A program made the position numbers and the translations under genes. Below, in pieces: positions 26,817-35,922 of a stretch of 64,000 nucleotides of DNA. The notes under the pieces are model-generated. The model was not told the origin of the DNA and did not search any database. It saw only the letters and a program-made list of their open reading frames with translations. Position 1 is the stretch's first letter; the number at the start of each line of letters is the position of its first letter. Source of the DNA: Candidatus Nomurabacteria bacterium (GTDB lineage: Bacteria; Patescibacteriota; Minisyncoccia; Phycocordibacterales; UBA9973); the NCBI GenBank assembly GCA_026396015.1, contig JAPLXP010000003.1:26626-90625 (forward strand). Direction: 5' to 3'.

Positions 26817-27554
26817 ATGGAGAAACATCTGGAAGTTATAAAAAAATATGTAGAATCAAAAGAAGTGGAAGATCTTGCTTTGTGTGTTAAGAATCTAATT
26901 GAAAAGAATGGACAGGAGGCAGGTGAGGGTGCCAATGCTGATGTATTTCGATTAAACCATGAAACATTTGGTCAAATATGTATTAAAAGATCAAAGAAAA
27001 TGAGAAAATTTAAAATTATTGATGAAGAAAAGGAATTTGATACACAAGAAGAAATTTGGGAAAGAGGTGTGTCTTCTCCTAGGCCAATAATTCTAATTGA
27101 AGATAAGATTTCAAAAGATCGTTATATTGCTATGAAATTTATTGAAGGTTGCACTATCGGAGAGATCATGGAGGGTAAACAAGAACTACCTGAGACATAT
27201 GATCATGAAAAATTTTGGAAAAAAGTCGAATCAGATATTGGTTTGATGCATGATAAAGTTGGTAAATACAATAAATCTATTCACCATAGAGATCTACATC
27301 CTTATAATTTAATGATTGAAAGAGCTACGGGTATTCCTGTATTGATAGACTTCGGTTCTTCTGGCGAAGATTTTGGTGGTGGAGATGTATATAGAGAAGA
27401 TATTCTAATGCTGAATGAAGAAAAGGGGAATTATGAATTTAGAAAGAATTACCCTCTTAAAAATGATTTGATGCAGATGAATTCTATTAAAAAGGAAATG
27501 TTTCATAAATCATTGACAATTAGGTCGAAAAGTGATATAATACCAAAGAAATAA
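26817..27554 (+). CDS. Protein kinase-like (RIO/Kdo/Ser-Thr) phosphotransferase
   Basis: GEGANADVF Gly loop, ICIK, HRDLHPYN, IDFG. Confidence 0.85.
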   Translation: MEKHLEVIKKYVESKEVEDLALCVKNLIEKNGQEAGEGANADVFRLNHETFGQICIKRSKKMRKFKIIDEEKEFDTQEEIWERGVSSPRPIILIEDKISKDRYIAMKFIEGCTIGEIMEGKQELPETYDHEKFWKKVESDIGLMHDKVGKYNKSIHHRDLHPYNLMIERATGIPVLIDFGSSGEDFGGGDVYREDILMLNEEKGNYEFRKNYPLKNDLMQMNSIKKEMFHKSLTIRSKSDIIPKK

Positions 27555-27561
27555 AGAATAT

Positions 27562-27795
27562 ATGTTCATACTATCAAAATCATTGCGAAAGCAAATTATC
27601 GCAAGAGCAAAAGAGATCTTGGATTCACAAGAGCAGAAAGGGGATTCTTTGATAAGTGAATTCACTAAAACTAAGATTACTGTCTTAGAAAAGAATGATA
27701 CAAATATTCCAAGTGAATACCTTGTAATTATTAATGATATTACAGTAAACGAAGAACCAGCTCTGGTAAACAAAAAGATTTTTTTCGGAAATTAA
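27562..27795 (+). CDS. Small hypothetical protein
   Basis: 77-aa ORF 7 nt after the kinase, followed by a terminator-like inverted repeat. Confidence 0.5.
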   Translation: MFILSKSLRKQIIARAKEILDSQEQKGDSLISEFTKTKITVLEKNDTNIPSEYLVIINDITVNEEPALVNKKIFFGN

Positions 27796-27835
27796 AAAAG
27801 GCGGTCCAATTTATTTTGGATCGCTCTTTTTTTTG

Positions 27836-27906
27836 TCGGGGTGCAGGGAATTGAACCCTGTTCTCACGGTCCCAAACCGCGTATACTACCGGTGTACTAC
27901 ACCCCG
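27836..27906 (-). tRNA. tRNA-Pro(TGG)
   Basis: cggggtg...cgcgg-TT TGG GA-ccgtg...ggttcaattcc...caccccga. Confidence 0.95.
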
Positions 27907-28014
27907 AAACGTCTTTTCATATTAGCATATTTTAGATTAAACACAAATTTAGCAAGAAAAAACACCTTAGATAGAATAAGGTGTTTTTTCGTTTTTCATA
28001 TTTAAAAGCTTTGA

Positions 28015-28287
28015 TTACTTAACTGCGTCCTTTAGAGCCTTTGCTGCTCTGAACTTTGGAACTGTAGTTGCAGCAACCTTTACTTGTTCTCCAGTCTTTG
28101 GATTGCGAGCCATACGAGCTGCGCGAGCCTTAACTGAAAAGATTCCAAGACCTGCGATTGATACTTCGCCACCTTTTTTCAAAGTTGCAACGATTGCATC
28201 AAACATACCGTTCACTACTTCTTCTGCTTGTACTTTTGTACCGCCCAATTTTTCGTGAACCAATTCTACTAATGCTTGTTTATTCAT
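28015..28287 (-). CDS. hup: DNA-binding protein HU
   Basis: MNKQALV...GLGIFSVKARAARMARNPKTGE...PKFRAAKALKDAVK; start at ATG 28287. Confidence 0.96.
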   Translation of the reverse strand: MNKQALVELVHEKLGGTKVQAEEVVNGMFDAIVATLKKGGEVSIAGLGIFSVKARAARMARNPKTGEQVKVAATTVPKFRAAKALKDAVK

Positions 28288-28457
28288 ATTTTTTGTAGCA
28301 CCTATTTTTACAAATAGGGGACTAGTTGAATAATATTCGACCGTTTGCAAACGATCCCTGATAAACAGGAGTAAAACCATTATACACCAATGCATTTTAA
28401 AAGGGAAATATTGACTTTTGATTTATAGGTGGTATATTGTAATTAAATTAATTTAAA

Positions 28458-28622
28458 ATGAAAAAAAATAGAATTGAATTCTCGCCATTTACACTGAAAT
28501 TGTTCTCAATATTTAGAGCAATTTGGTTGATAATACTAGTATTTATAGTGAGACCTATCGCTTTTTTAGCCATAGATATTTCTAATTATTTAAAAAGTCT
28601 ACCTAAAAAAAATAAATTTTAA
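28458..28622 (+). CDS. Small (54 aa) membrane protein, not in the ORF track
   Basis: MKKNRIEFSPFTLKLFSIFRAIWLIILVFIVRPIAFLAIDISNYLKSLPKKNKF; TTGACT promoter at 28411. Confidence 0.45.
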   Translation: MKKNRIEFSPFTLKLFSIFRAIWLIILVFIVRPIAFLAIDISNYLKSLPKKNKF

Positions 28623-28663
28623 TTTTAAAAAATTTCAAAAAACCCTTTAAAAATAAAAGAAAT

Positions 28664-28945
28664 ATGCCAAAAGGATTTAATCCACCCGCAAAACGCACGT
28701 GCAATTCCAAAAAAGCACCTGTGAAAAATGGTCTTGATTTGACCAACAAAAAATCTGAGAAAGAAAAAGCAAAAGACAAATTGACGAAAAGAGAAGAGAA
28801 GAAGAAGCAGAAATTAGTTACTCACTACAGAAATATCGGACTCGATAAAAATGGTAACGAGAAACCGAAAAAGATTAAGAGTGACAGTGGGGATATCCCT
28901 GTTGATATCAACGTGTTAAAGGTGCATGATTTTATCAAAGATTAA
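28664..28945 (+). CDS. Small basic hypothetical protein
   Basis: 93-aa Lys-rich ORF followed by a hairpin at ~28975-29013. Confidence 0.55.
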   Translation: MPKGFNPPAKRTCNSKKAPVKNGLDLTNKKSEKEKAKDKLTKREEKKKQKLVTHYRNIGLDKNGNEKPKKIKSDSGDIPVDINVLKVHDFIKD

Positions 28946-29055
28946 AATCTTACCTAAACAACAAAATGTTTTTATAAATAAATCTCGTAATAGAAATATT
29001 ACGAGATTTTATATTTCCTTGCTTTTTTTTGAGATTATGTTATTGTTAATCTTGT

Positions 29056-29428
29056 TCCGCAGCGAGTGAATGCTCTAAGATGTGAATGCATGGGGCTAAA
29101 CCCTTTAGGGTCGCCCGAACATGCGAAGCATGTTTTAGGGAGGAAAGTCCGAACACTCAGTGAATGAAAATTCATTAAACGTAGCAGGTAACGCCTGCCG
29201 TCGGCAACGATAGAGGTGCGAGCAGAGACGCCTGATGTCGAAAGACTAGGGTATCTAAAATTTATTTTAGATAAATCTTTATAGTGATATAGAGGGTGAA
29301 ACGGCTAAATCCTTACGCGAGTGCAAGATCGTGTCCGAGTTTTCTCGGAAGAATCGCTCGAGCTATATGGCGACATATGGCCCAGATAAATATTCACTTA
29401 GAAACAGAATTCGGCTTACGAATGCGAA
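29056..29428 (+). ncRNA. rnpB: RNase P RNA
   Basis: GAGGAAAGTCC at ~29140, GGGTGAAACGG, and ACAGAATTCGGCTTAC at ~29404 (the conserved P4 halves). Confidence 0.93.
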
Positions 29429-29564
29429 ATATATGGAGATACACCAGACCAAAGCTGGTGTATTTTCACGTCTGGGTGTTATCGGAAAAAGGACGGTCCT
29501 TTGTTGGGCCCAAGGTCCGTCCTTGGGGAGAATAAATATTTTGTGATACAATCACTTGTAATAT

Positions 29565-29960
29565 ATGCATAAAAAAGTAACTAGGACATTCCTGCGAACT
29601 GACGAGACGATGGAAAAATATATGAGAATTTCATCTGAAAGAAAAGAACTCGGTCATAAAGTTGATCACTTTTTACGATGGCAAGAGAATTTAGTTAAAG
29701 AATTCGATAATTGGGTCATAGTGACCAATGAATTCCCCTATGATGCAGTGGCTAGTACTAGTCATATGATCGCTACAAAGAGGGAGGTGGGCTTTGATTG
29801 GGCATTACTGTCTACTGAAGAGCGTGAAGAATATGAATTGATAAAGAAGACATATCTAGCAGAACACTACGATGCTATCTGGGAGAATCTTCCACGAGGA
29901 TCTACCGTGGCTCATCACTTTCATGTGCATTTGATAGTACTGAAAAGAGAAGAGATCTAA
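29565..29960 (+). CDS. HIT-like protein
   Basis: NEFPYD, H-x-I, terminal HHFHVHL histidine triad. Confidence 0.75.
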   Translation: MHKKVTRTFLRTDETMEKYMRISSERKELGHKVDHFLRWQENLVKEFDNWVIVTNEFPYDAVASTSHMIATKREVGFDWALLSTEEREEYELIKKTYLAEHYDAIWENLPRGSTVAHHFHVHLIVLKREEI

Positions 29961-30016
29961 ATAAATACAAAATGAGCGCGGCCTATGGCCGCGCTCATTT
30001 TGTATTTAGTGTTCTA

Positions 30017-31543
30017 TTATCTTGCGAATTCTACGACTCTGTTTTCTCGGATCATTGTTACTTTGATCTCTCCTGGGTAGGTGAGTTCTTGTTCGATTTT
30101 CTTTGCTATCTCACGAGCCATGTCTTTAGCTTGAACATCAGTTACTTTTTCTGGAGTTACAAATATTCGGATCTCACGGCCGGCTGCTAGGGCGTATGAC
30201 TTTTCTACTCCTGCAAATGTCTTGGTTAGAGCTTCGAGATCTTGTAGGCGTTTGATGTAGTTCTCTACACTGTCACGTCTTGCACCTGGGCGTCCACCTG
30301 AGATATGGTCAGCGGTCTGCACGATCACCGCTTCGATAGATTCATGTGGGCAATCATCGTGGTGAGACTTCATTGATGTGATGATTCGTGGGTCAGCACC
30401 GAATTTCTGGAGGATGCGGATACCGATGTCGATATGCGTACCTTGTACCTCGTGGTCTAGGGCCTTACCGATATCGTGTACCAATGCACCTGCCTTTGCT
30501 ATTTGGATATCTGCACCTAGCTCTTCAGCGAGCATTCCTGCGATGTGTGCCATCTCGATAGAGTGCTGGAGTACATTTTGTCCATAACTTGTTCGGAAGT
30601 AAAGTCTTCCTGCTATTGCTACTATACGTGGGTCAAGATTGAAGATTCCACATTCGTATACTGCCTGATCTCCCTTGTCTTTGATAATCTTGTTGATATC
30701 TTCTTGAGCCTTGGCTACTACCTCTTCGATCTTTGCTGGTTGGATACGGCCATCTAGTATAAGGTTTTCCAATGCTAGACGTGCTACTTGTCGGCGTACT
30801 GGATCAAATGAAGAGATTACTATCGCACCTGGAGTCTCGTCTATCACTAGCTCTACTCCGGCTGCTCGTTCGAATGCACGAATATTTCTACCTTCCTTAC
30901 CGATAATCTTTCCCTTGATCTCATCATTTGGGATATTTACAGAAGTCATCATCATCTCACTAGCAGTTGAAGCTGCAAGACGATTGATAGATGTAGATAG
31001 GATGTCTTTTGCACGACGATCCAGCTTTTCAGCATTAGTAGTCTCCATCTTTTGCATTCGTACTAGCAAATCTTCTTCATACTTTACTTCGATATTCTTC
31101 ATCAAGATCTCTCGAGCATCATCGGCGGATAGATGGGCGACTTTTTCAAGTTCTTTTTGCTTTTCTTCCTGCATGCCATCTACTCGCTCTTTGATCTTTT
31201 TTACCTCTTCAACCTTTGTCTTTATCTTTTCGACTTCACGATCAATCTCGCTTTGGCGGGAATCGAGCATTTCGTCTTTTTTGATAAGGCGCTGTTCTGT
31301 GGCTTTCCACTCTACCTCTTTTTTCTTTTCTTCTTTGTGAAGTTCGGCTGTCCGTTCCTCTGCCTTTTTCTTGGCTTCGTCGAGGACTTTTTGCGCGTCT
31401 TCTTTTGCGCCCATTAACATCTGCTTGATCTCAAGATCCATAGAACCTTTTTGACCAAGGGAGATGATTAGACGCAAATAATAACCAATACCTACTCCTC
31501 CTGCGAGGGCGGCGATTGCTATAATTATTGCGATTAAACTCAT
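30017..31543 (-). CDS. rny: Ribonuclease Y
   Basis: N-terminal TM helix, coiled coil, KH (KGKIIGKEGRNIR), HD (HDIGKA), GRPGARR. Confidence 0.97.
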   Translation of the reverse strand: MSLIAIIIAIAALAGGVGIGYYLRLIISLGQKGSMDLEIKQMLMGAKEDAQKVLDEAKKKAEERTAELHKEEKKKEVEWKATEQRLIKKDEMLDSRQSEIDREVEKIKTKVEEVKKIKERVDGMQEEKQKELEKVAHLSADDAREILMKNIEVKYEEDLLVRMQKMETTNAEKLDRRAKDILSTSINRLAASTASEMMMTSVNIPNDEIKGKIIGKEGRNIRAFERAAGVELVIDETPGAIVISSFDPVRRQVARLALENLILDGRIQPAKIEEVVAKAQEDINKIIKDKGDQAVYECGIFNLDPRIVAIAGRLYFRTSYGQNVLQHSIEMAHIAGMLAEELGADIQIAKAGALVHDIGKALDHEVQGTHIDIGIRILQKFGADPRIITSMKSHHDDCPHESIEAVIVQTADHISGGRPGARRDSVENYIKRLQDLEALTKTFAGVEKSYALAAGREIRIFVTPEKVTDVQAKDMAREIAKKIEQELTYPGEIKVTMIRENRVVEFAR

Positions 31544-31764
31544 AAATGTGACCGTGTCACATTAAAATACTACGCTTTAAAAGCGCTTTAGAATATAGGT
31601 ATTTTTATACAAACGAGGAATTATGGGAAAAATTTTGTTCATAGAAATAAATATCATTTTAGGAATTACCAGATAAACCGTACTTTAAATTAGACACCTT
31701 GCTAACTATTAAAATTCGATACATACATAGTACCGCAAAAGAGTATCTTTGTACAGAGGAGTTT

Positions 31765-32517
31765 TTATTTTGAAATTGGTAATGAGATGTAAAAAATAGT
31801 TCCATTGTTTGGGTCTTTTGACTGAAAATTTATTTTACCATAATGATGGTCAATGATATTTTTTGCTACATATAGCGAAAGTCCCATACCATCGGTGTTC
31901 ATTTTTACGGCCGCTGCGCTACGGTAGAATCTTTTAAATACATTTCTTTTGTCTTTCCATTTCATGCCAATACCAGAGTCTTCGATTGCTAACACAATAT
32001 TACTATCCTCCACTTTTGCCCCAATAGATATCGTACCTTCGGTCTGTGAGTACCGTATCGCATTTTCTAAAACCGCATGAATTGCAAAAGAAATCTTTTT
32101 TGTATCTACTGATAATAATGGTAGGGAATTTAGGGCTGATATTTGGAGATGAATTTTCTTTTCATTTATTGGGTTGTGATATTTAGCGATACCTTCCTCT
32201 ATAATCTCTCGCAGTGATACTGTCTTCATAAAATACAATGAACTATTGTTCACATCTTGTATTCCCGCAAGAGTGTCAACTATTTCTAGTAGGTGATTGG
32301 TTGTATTTGAAATATTTTTATTTATTTCTATTTGTTCTGTGCGGGGCAAATCAGGGTTCATATTGTCGGTCATCCACTTTATGCGAGTTAGTGGTGTGCG
32401 AAAAGTATGATTTACTATTGAAATAAAGGATTTTTCAATGATTTTACCGTCTATATGTGTTTTTATTGAATAAATAAATAATGCGATTAGCAGAATAAAT
32501 AAAATTGTTGTTTGCAT
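31765..32517 (-). CDS. Membrane-anchored histidine kinase-like protein (HisKA + HATPase)
   Basis: NHTFRTPLT, ENAIRYS, DSGIG, FYRS, GMGLSL. Confidence 0.85.
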   Translation of the reverse strand: MQTTILFILLIALFIYSIKTHIDGKIIEKSFISIVNHTFRTPLTRIKWMTDNMNPDLPRTEQIEINKNISNTTNHLLEIVDTLAGIQDVNNSSLYFMKTVSLREIIEEGIAKYHNPINEKKIHLQISALNSLPLLSVDTKKISFAIHAVLENAIRYSQTEGTISIGAKVEDSNIVLAIEDSGIGMKWKDKRNVFKRFYRSAAAVKMNTDGMGLSLYVAKNIIDHHYGKINFQSKDPNNGTIFYISLPISK

Positions 32518-32565
32518 ATATTTATTATAACAAAAAACCTCACGCTGTGTGAGGTTTTTTTTATT

Positions 32566-33150
32566 CTACTTCTTTACTTTTGTGATTATCTGATCGATGA
32601 TACCGTATTTCTTTGCTTCGTCTGCAGACATCCAGTAGTCGCGGTCTGCATCCTTTTCTACTTCTTCAAATTTTTTACCAGTATTCTTTGCCAATATTTT
32701 ATTTAAAGTGTCTTTACTTCGCAAAATATGTTTTGCAGAGAGTGCGATATCACTGGCTTGACCTTCGGCACCTCCCATCACCTGATGTATCATAACTTCA
32801 GAATTCGGTAATGTGAATCGCTTGCCTTTTTCTCCTGCAGATAAGATCAGTGCACCCATAGATGCAGCTACTCCTACGCAGATTGTAGATACATCACTCT
32901 TGATAAAGTTCATCGTGTCGATGATAGCTAGCCCCGCAGTCACAGATCCGCCAGGGGAGTTGATATATAGGGAAATATCTTTTTTGTTGTCTGTATGCTC
33001 GAGATATAGCAGCTGGGCTATGACGAGATTGGCCATATGGTCATCGATACCACCGGCTAGGAAAATAATACGCTCATTTAAAAGGCGAGAGTATATATCA
33101 TATGCTCTTTCGCCATTTATTGTCTTTTCTATTACTGTAGGGATTAACAT
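32566..33150 (-). CDS. clpP: ATP-dependent Clp protease proteolytic subunit
   Basis: [32 protein letters not shown]. Confidence 0.98.
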   Translation of the reverse strand: MLIPTVIEKTINGERAYDIYSRLLNERIIFLAGGIDDHMANLVIAQLLYLEHTDNKKDISLYINSPGGSVTAGLAIIDTMNFIKSDVSTICVGVAASMGALILSAGEKGKRFTLPNSEVMIHQVMGGAEGQASDIALSAKHILRSKDTLNKILAKNTGKKFEEVEKDADRDYWMSADEAKKYGIIDQIITKVKK

Positions 33151-33177
33151 AGTTTTGTATATAATTAAATTATTAAA

Positions 33178-33293
33178 GCGAATCTTAAAATTAGCTCTTC
33201 TCTAAATGCACGCATGATTTTCTGGTGAAAATCTGCTCTGCTCGGCTACCCGCCTGCGCAAGGCATTTCTCAAAGACTAGTTTTAAGATTCGC
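33178..33293 (-). ncRNA. Structured leader element, family copy 4 (upstream of clpP)
   Basis: gcgaatcttaaaa...ttttaagattcgc outer stem; minus-strand core CTTGCGCAGG...CGAGCAGAGCA and gattttc-acca-gaaaatc hairpin. Confidence 0.65.
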
Positions 33294-33399
33294 AAATTAC
33301 CTATATATCTTAACAAAATAAGGGGAATTTACCCCATTGACAAAAGGGGTATAAATATGATATAATATACACAAGAAAACAAATTAACTAAATACGGAT

Positions 33400-34011
33400 A
33401 TGAAAAATAAAAATGTTCTTTTAATCGTTATAGCTTTTGTTGCTATAACCTCAGCAATCTCTTGTAGTCCTTGTTGTTCTACCTGTGGATGTGCAGGTAC
33501 TGTAAGTCCACAGTATCCACAATCTGTCGTGCGTAAAACACACGAGAAAATTGTAGTTGGTGGTGCAACTTTTCATGATGGGTATTTATTTACCTGTCTA
33601 GTAAATGGATTTGGTGACGTGCGAGATATAAATGGTAATCACCCCATTCACATGCCGTGTACTGATCCGTTGATTAAACAAAGGTTAGACCCCAACCAGG
33701 GTGGTTGGAATTTTGCTTGCCAAGGTGCATGTCGCGTAGGTGGATCATGTGACGCTATCGTTTTAGTCTATGATGACGATGGCACCCTAGTAAATCATCC
33801 AGATTATCCAAAAACAGTTGGAAATTGGGTGTTAGATGAATTCCTTGGTGACGACCAACATTTTGTGAAGCTGATCGATAAAGCTAAACTACCGAAGGTA
33901 GATATAAGCTTTAATCTTCCAGTTAGCATTCAAAGTCTTAGGGAATTACAAAAGGATACTATTATTCCTTTTGAAGGACCGAAAGAAATCATTTTTACCT
34001 TTACTAAATAA
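33400..34011 (+). CDS. Cys-rich hypothetical lipoprotein (stand-alone gene)
   Basis: Signal peptide followed by ISCSPCCSTCGC; own TTGACA-18-TATAAT promoter (33337-33366) and terminator (~34027-34060). Confidence 0.7.
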   Translation: MKNKNVLLIVIAFVAITSAISCSPCCSTCGCAGTVSPQYPQSVVRKTHEKIVVGGATFHDGYLFTCLVNGFGDVRDINGNHPIHMPCTDPLIKQRLDPNQGGWNFACQGACRVGGSCDAIVLVYDDDGTLVNHPDYPKTVGNWVLDEFLGDDQHFVKLIDKAKLPKVDISFNLPVSIQSLRELQKDTIIPFEGPKEIIFTFTK

Positions 34012-34102
34012 AAGTAATAGGTAATCAAAAGGCCAAAACATTTATGTTTTGGCCTTTTTTATTTTTGCTAATCACTAGAAACTAGCTACTAATCACTAAC
34101 CC

Positions 34103-35164
34103 TTATAGACTCTCTAGGAAATTGAAAACTTTTTCATTGCCCATCATCTGCTCTACGTATGCACGAGCTCGGATTGGATCCGCATCTTTGTACATATTTA
34201 GTAGTGCATCTACTTCTTTTTGAATTTCTTCATCACTTGGCTTTAGGTTTTCCTTTTCCATTAGGCGGTGGATGATCATCGCTAGCTTTGCACGCTTTTC
34301 TGCTTCTGGTCTCCACTCTGTACGGAGGTCAGCCTCAGTCTTTCCTACTTGCTTTAGATATTCATCAAATTTGAATCCCATTTGAGTCACATCTGCTTCG
34401 AGTCTATATAGGAGCTTGTCTTCCTCACTCACTGTCAGGATCTCTGGGATCTCTGCTTCTGTTTTCTCTAGGAGCTTTTCTATGATAGCTAGGCGACATT
34501 TGTCTTTATTTTCTGTTTCCTTTTCAGTCTTTAGATTTTCTGCAACTTTTGCCTTCAATTCAGCTACATTTTCAAATTTACCGATTGATTTTGCAAATTC
34601 ATCATCTACAGCTGGTAAATCTTTCTCTTCTGGTTCTGGGTGTTCTGCATGTGGTGCGCCTGGGGCATCATCCTTGTGTAGATCCTGGTGTGCACGCATC
34701 TTGCGTAGATCTAGTAATACTTTTTCGATATCTGCCTCTTCTATTACTACTTCTTTCTTGTATTCTTCCTTTGCATTTTCCTCTTTTGCGATCTGTGTAT
34801 AGTCTGGGAGGTTTATCTCTGGTAGGACTGCAGTCTTGATTGTGAATTCAAGGTCATTGCCTCGTGCGATCTTTGTAATACTGATCTCTGGGCGTCCGAT
34901 AGCATCAATCTTCTCCTGTTCTAGCATCTCTGCATATGCAGATGTGATAGCACGCTCTGCCATCTCTTCTAATAGCATCATATCGTTGATATTTTGCTTT
35001 ACCATCTCAGCTGGGACTTTACCTGGGCGAAAACCTGGCAATTCCATGCGAGTTCCAATATGTGCGAGGGCTTTGTCTTCATAAGACATAAAAACAGAGG
35101 CTTCTATTACGCCTTCTATTGCTACTTCACTTTTTTCTAATTTTTTAACTGTTGTTTTAATCAT
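34103..35164 (-). CDS. tig: Trigger factor (PPIase domain reduced)
   Basis: LPGFRPGKVP ribosome-binding motif, LPAVDDEFAK; start taken at ATG 35164. Confidence 0.93.
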   Translation of the reverse strand: MIKTTVKKLEKSEVAIEGVIEASVFMSYEDKALAHIGTRMELPGFRPGKVPAEMVKQNINDMMLLEEMAERAITSAYAEMLEQEKIDAIGRPEISITKIARGNDLEFTIKTAVLPEINLPDYTQIAKEENAKEEYKKEVVIEEADIEKVLLDLRKMRAHQDLHKDDAPGAPHAEHPEPEEKDLPAVDDEFAKSIGKFENVAELKAKVAENLKTEKETENKDKCRLAIIEKLLEKTEAEIPEILTVSEEDKLLYRLEADVTQMGFKFDEYLKQVGKTEADLRTEWRPEAEKRAKLAMIIHRLMEKENLKPSDEEIQKEVDALLNMYKDADPIRARAYVEQMMGNEKVFNFLESL

Positions 35165-35246
35165 ACGTTCCCACAGTCTATATAAATAGAGCCTTTTTGT
35201 CAAAAACAATAAAGCACCCATATTTATATGGGTGCTTTATTGTTTT

Positions 35247-35831
35247 TTAGTCTAATTTTGGGGCGTATTCCTTTTCGTATTTCTCAGTACACTCTTTTAG
35301 GACCTTGATTGCTTCTTCTGGTCCGTAGAATGTCTCTACTACTCCGGTACCTGGTTTCTTTAGGTATTTTATGTTTTCCCAGAAATATTTAGTCTCTGTT
35401 TTAAAATATTCACCTAAATCTTCAACAGTTTTGATGTGGTCAGACCGGCGATCATCAGCGAGTACTGCGATAATCTTGTCATCTACCTCACCACCGTCTA
35501 TGAATTTCATGACACCGATCACACGAGCTTCTACTAGGGATCCTGGTACGAGGGGCTCTGTGATGTTTACGATCTCTACATCTAGTGGATCACCATCATA
35601 ATCCCAAGTCATAGGGATCGCTCCGTATGTGAATGGGTATGCTAGTGTCGAATATCCTACACGATCCAGCTTCAGCTGGCCTGATTCTGTAATCATCTCG
35701 TATTTATTGATGCTACCAGCAGATACTTCGATTATTGTATTGATCACACCTTTTTCTTCGTTTGCAAATGCAGGTAGCACGTGCAATAGATTGTACATGA
35801 ATTTACTAGGTTTTTGATTTATGTTTGCCAT
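35247..35831 (-). CDS. ppa: Inorganic pyrophosphatase (family I)
   Basis: NKYE, LDRV, YPFTYG, DGDPLDV, DGGEVDDKI. Confidence 0.95.
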   Translation of the reverse strand: MANINQKPSKFMYNLLHVLPAFANEEKGVINTIIEVSAGSINKYEMITESGQLKLDRVGYSTLAYPFTYGAIPMTWDYDGDPLDVEIVNITEPLVPGSLVEARVIGVMKFIDGGEVDDKIIAVLADDRRSDHIKTVEDLGEYFKTETKYFWENIKYLKKPGTGVVETFYGPEEAIKVLKECTEKYEKEYAPKLD

Positions 35832-35922
35832 AGAATTAGTTTCTAGTAACTAGGGGCTAGTTGCTAGTGTAATTTATTTATAATTTTTTCTAGTCACTAG
35901 AACCTAGTTACTAGCTTGCTAA
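35832..35922. repeat. CTAG-core heptamer repeat palindrome (nusA-ppa spacer)
   Basis: tttctag/taactag/gggctag/ttgctag arm facing a ctagtca/ctagaac/ctagtta/ctagctt arm. Confidence 0.7.

Noticed and set aside
29296-29551. Three short ORFs in the ORF track
   Set aside because: They overlap the RNase P RNA and downstream hairpins and show no protein features
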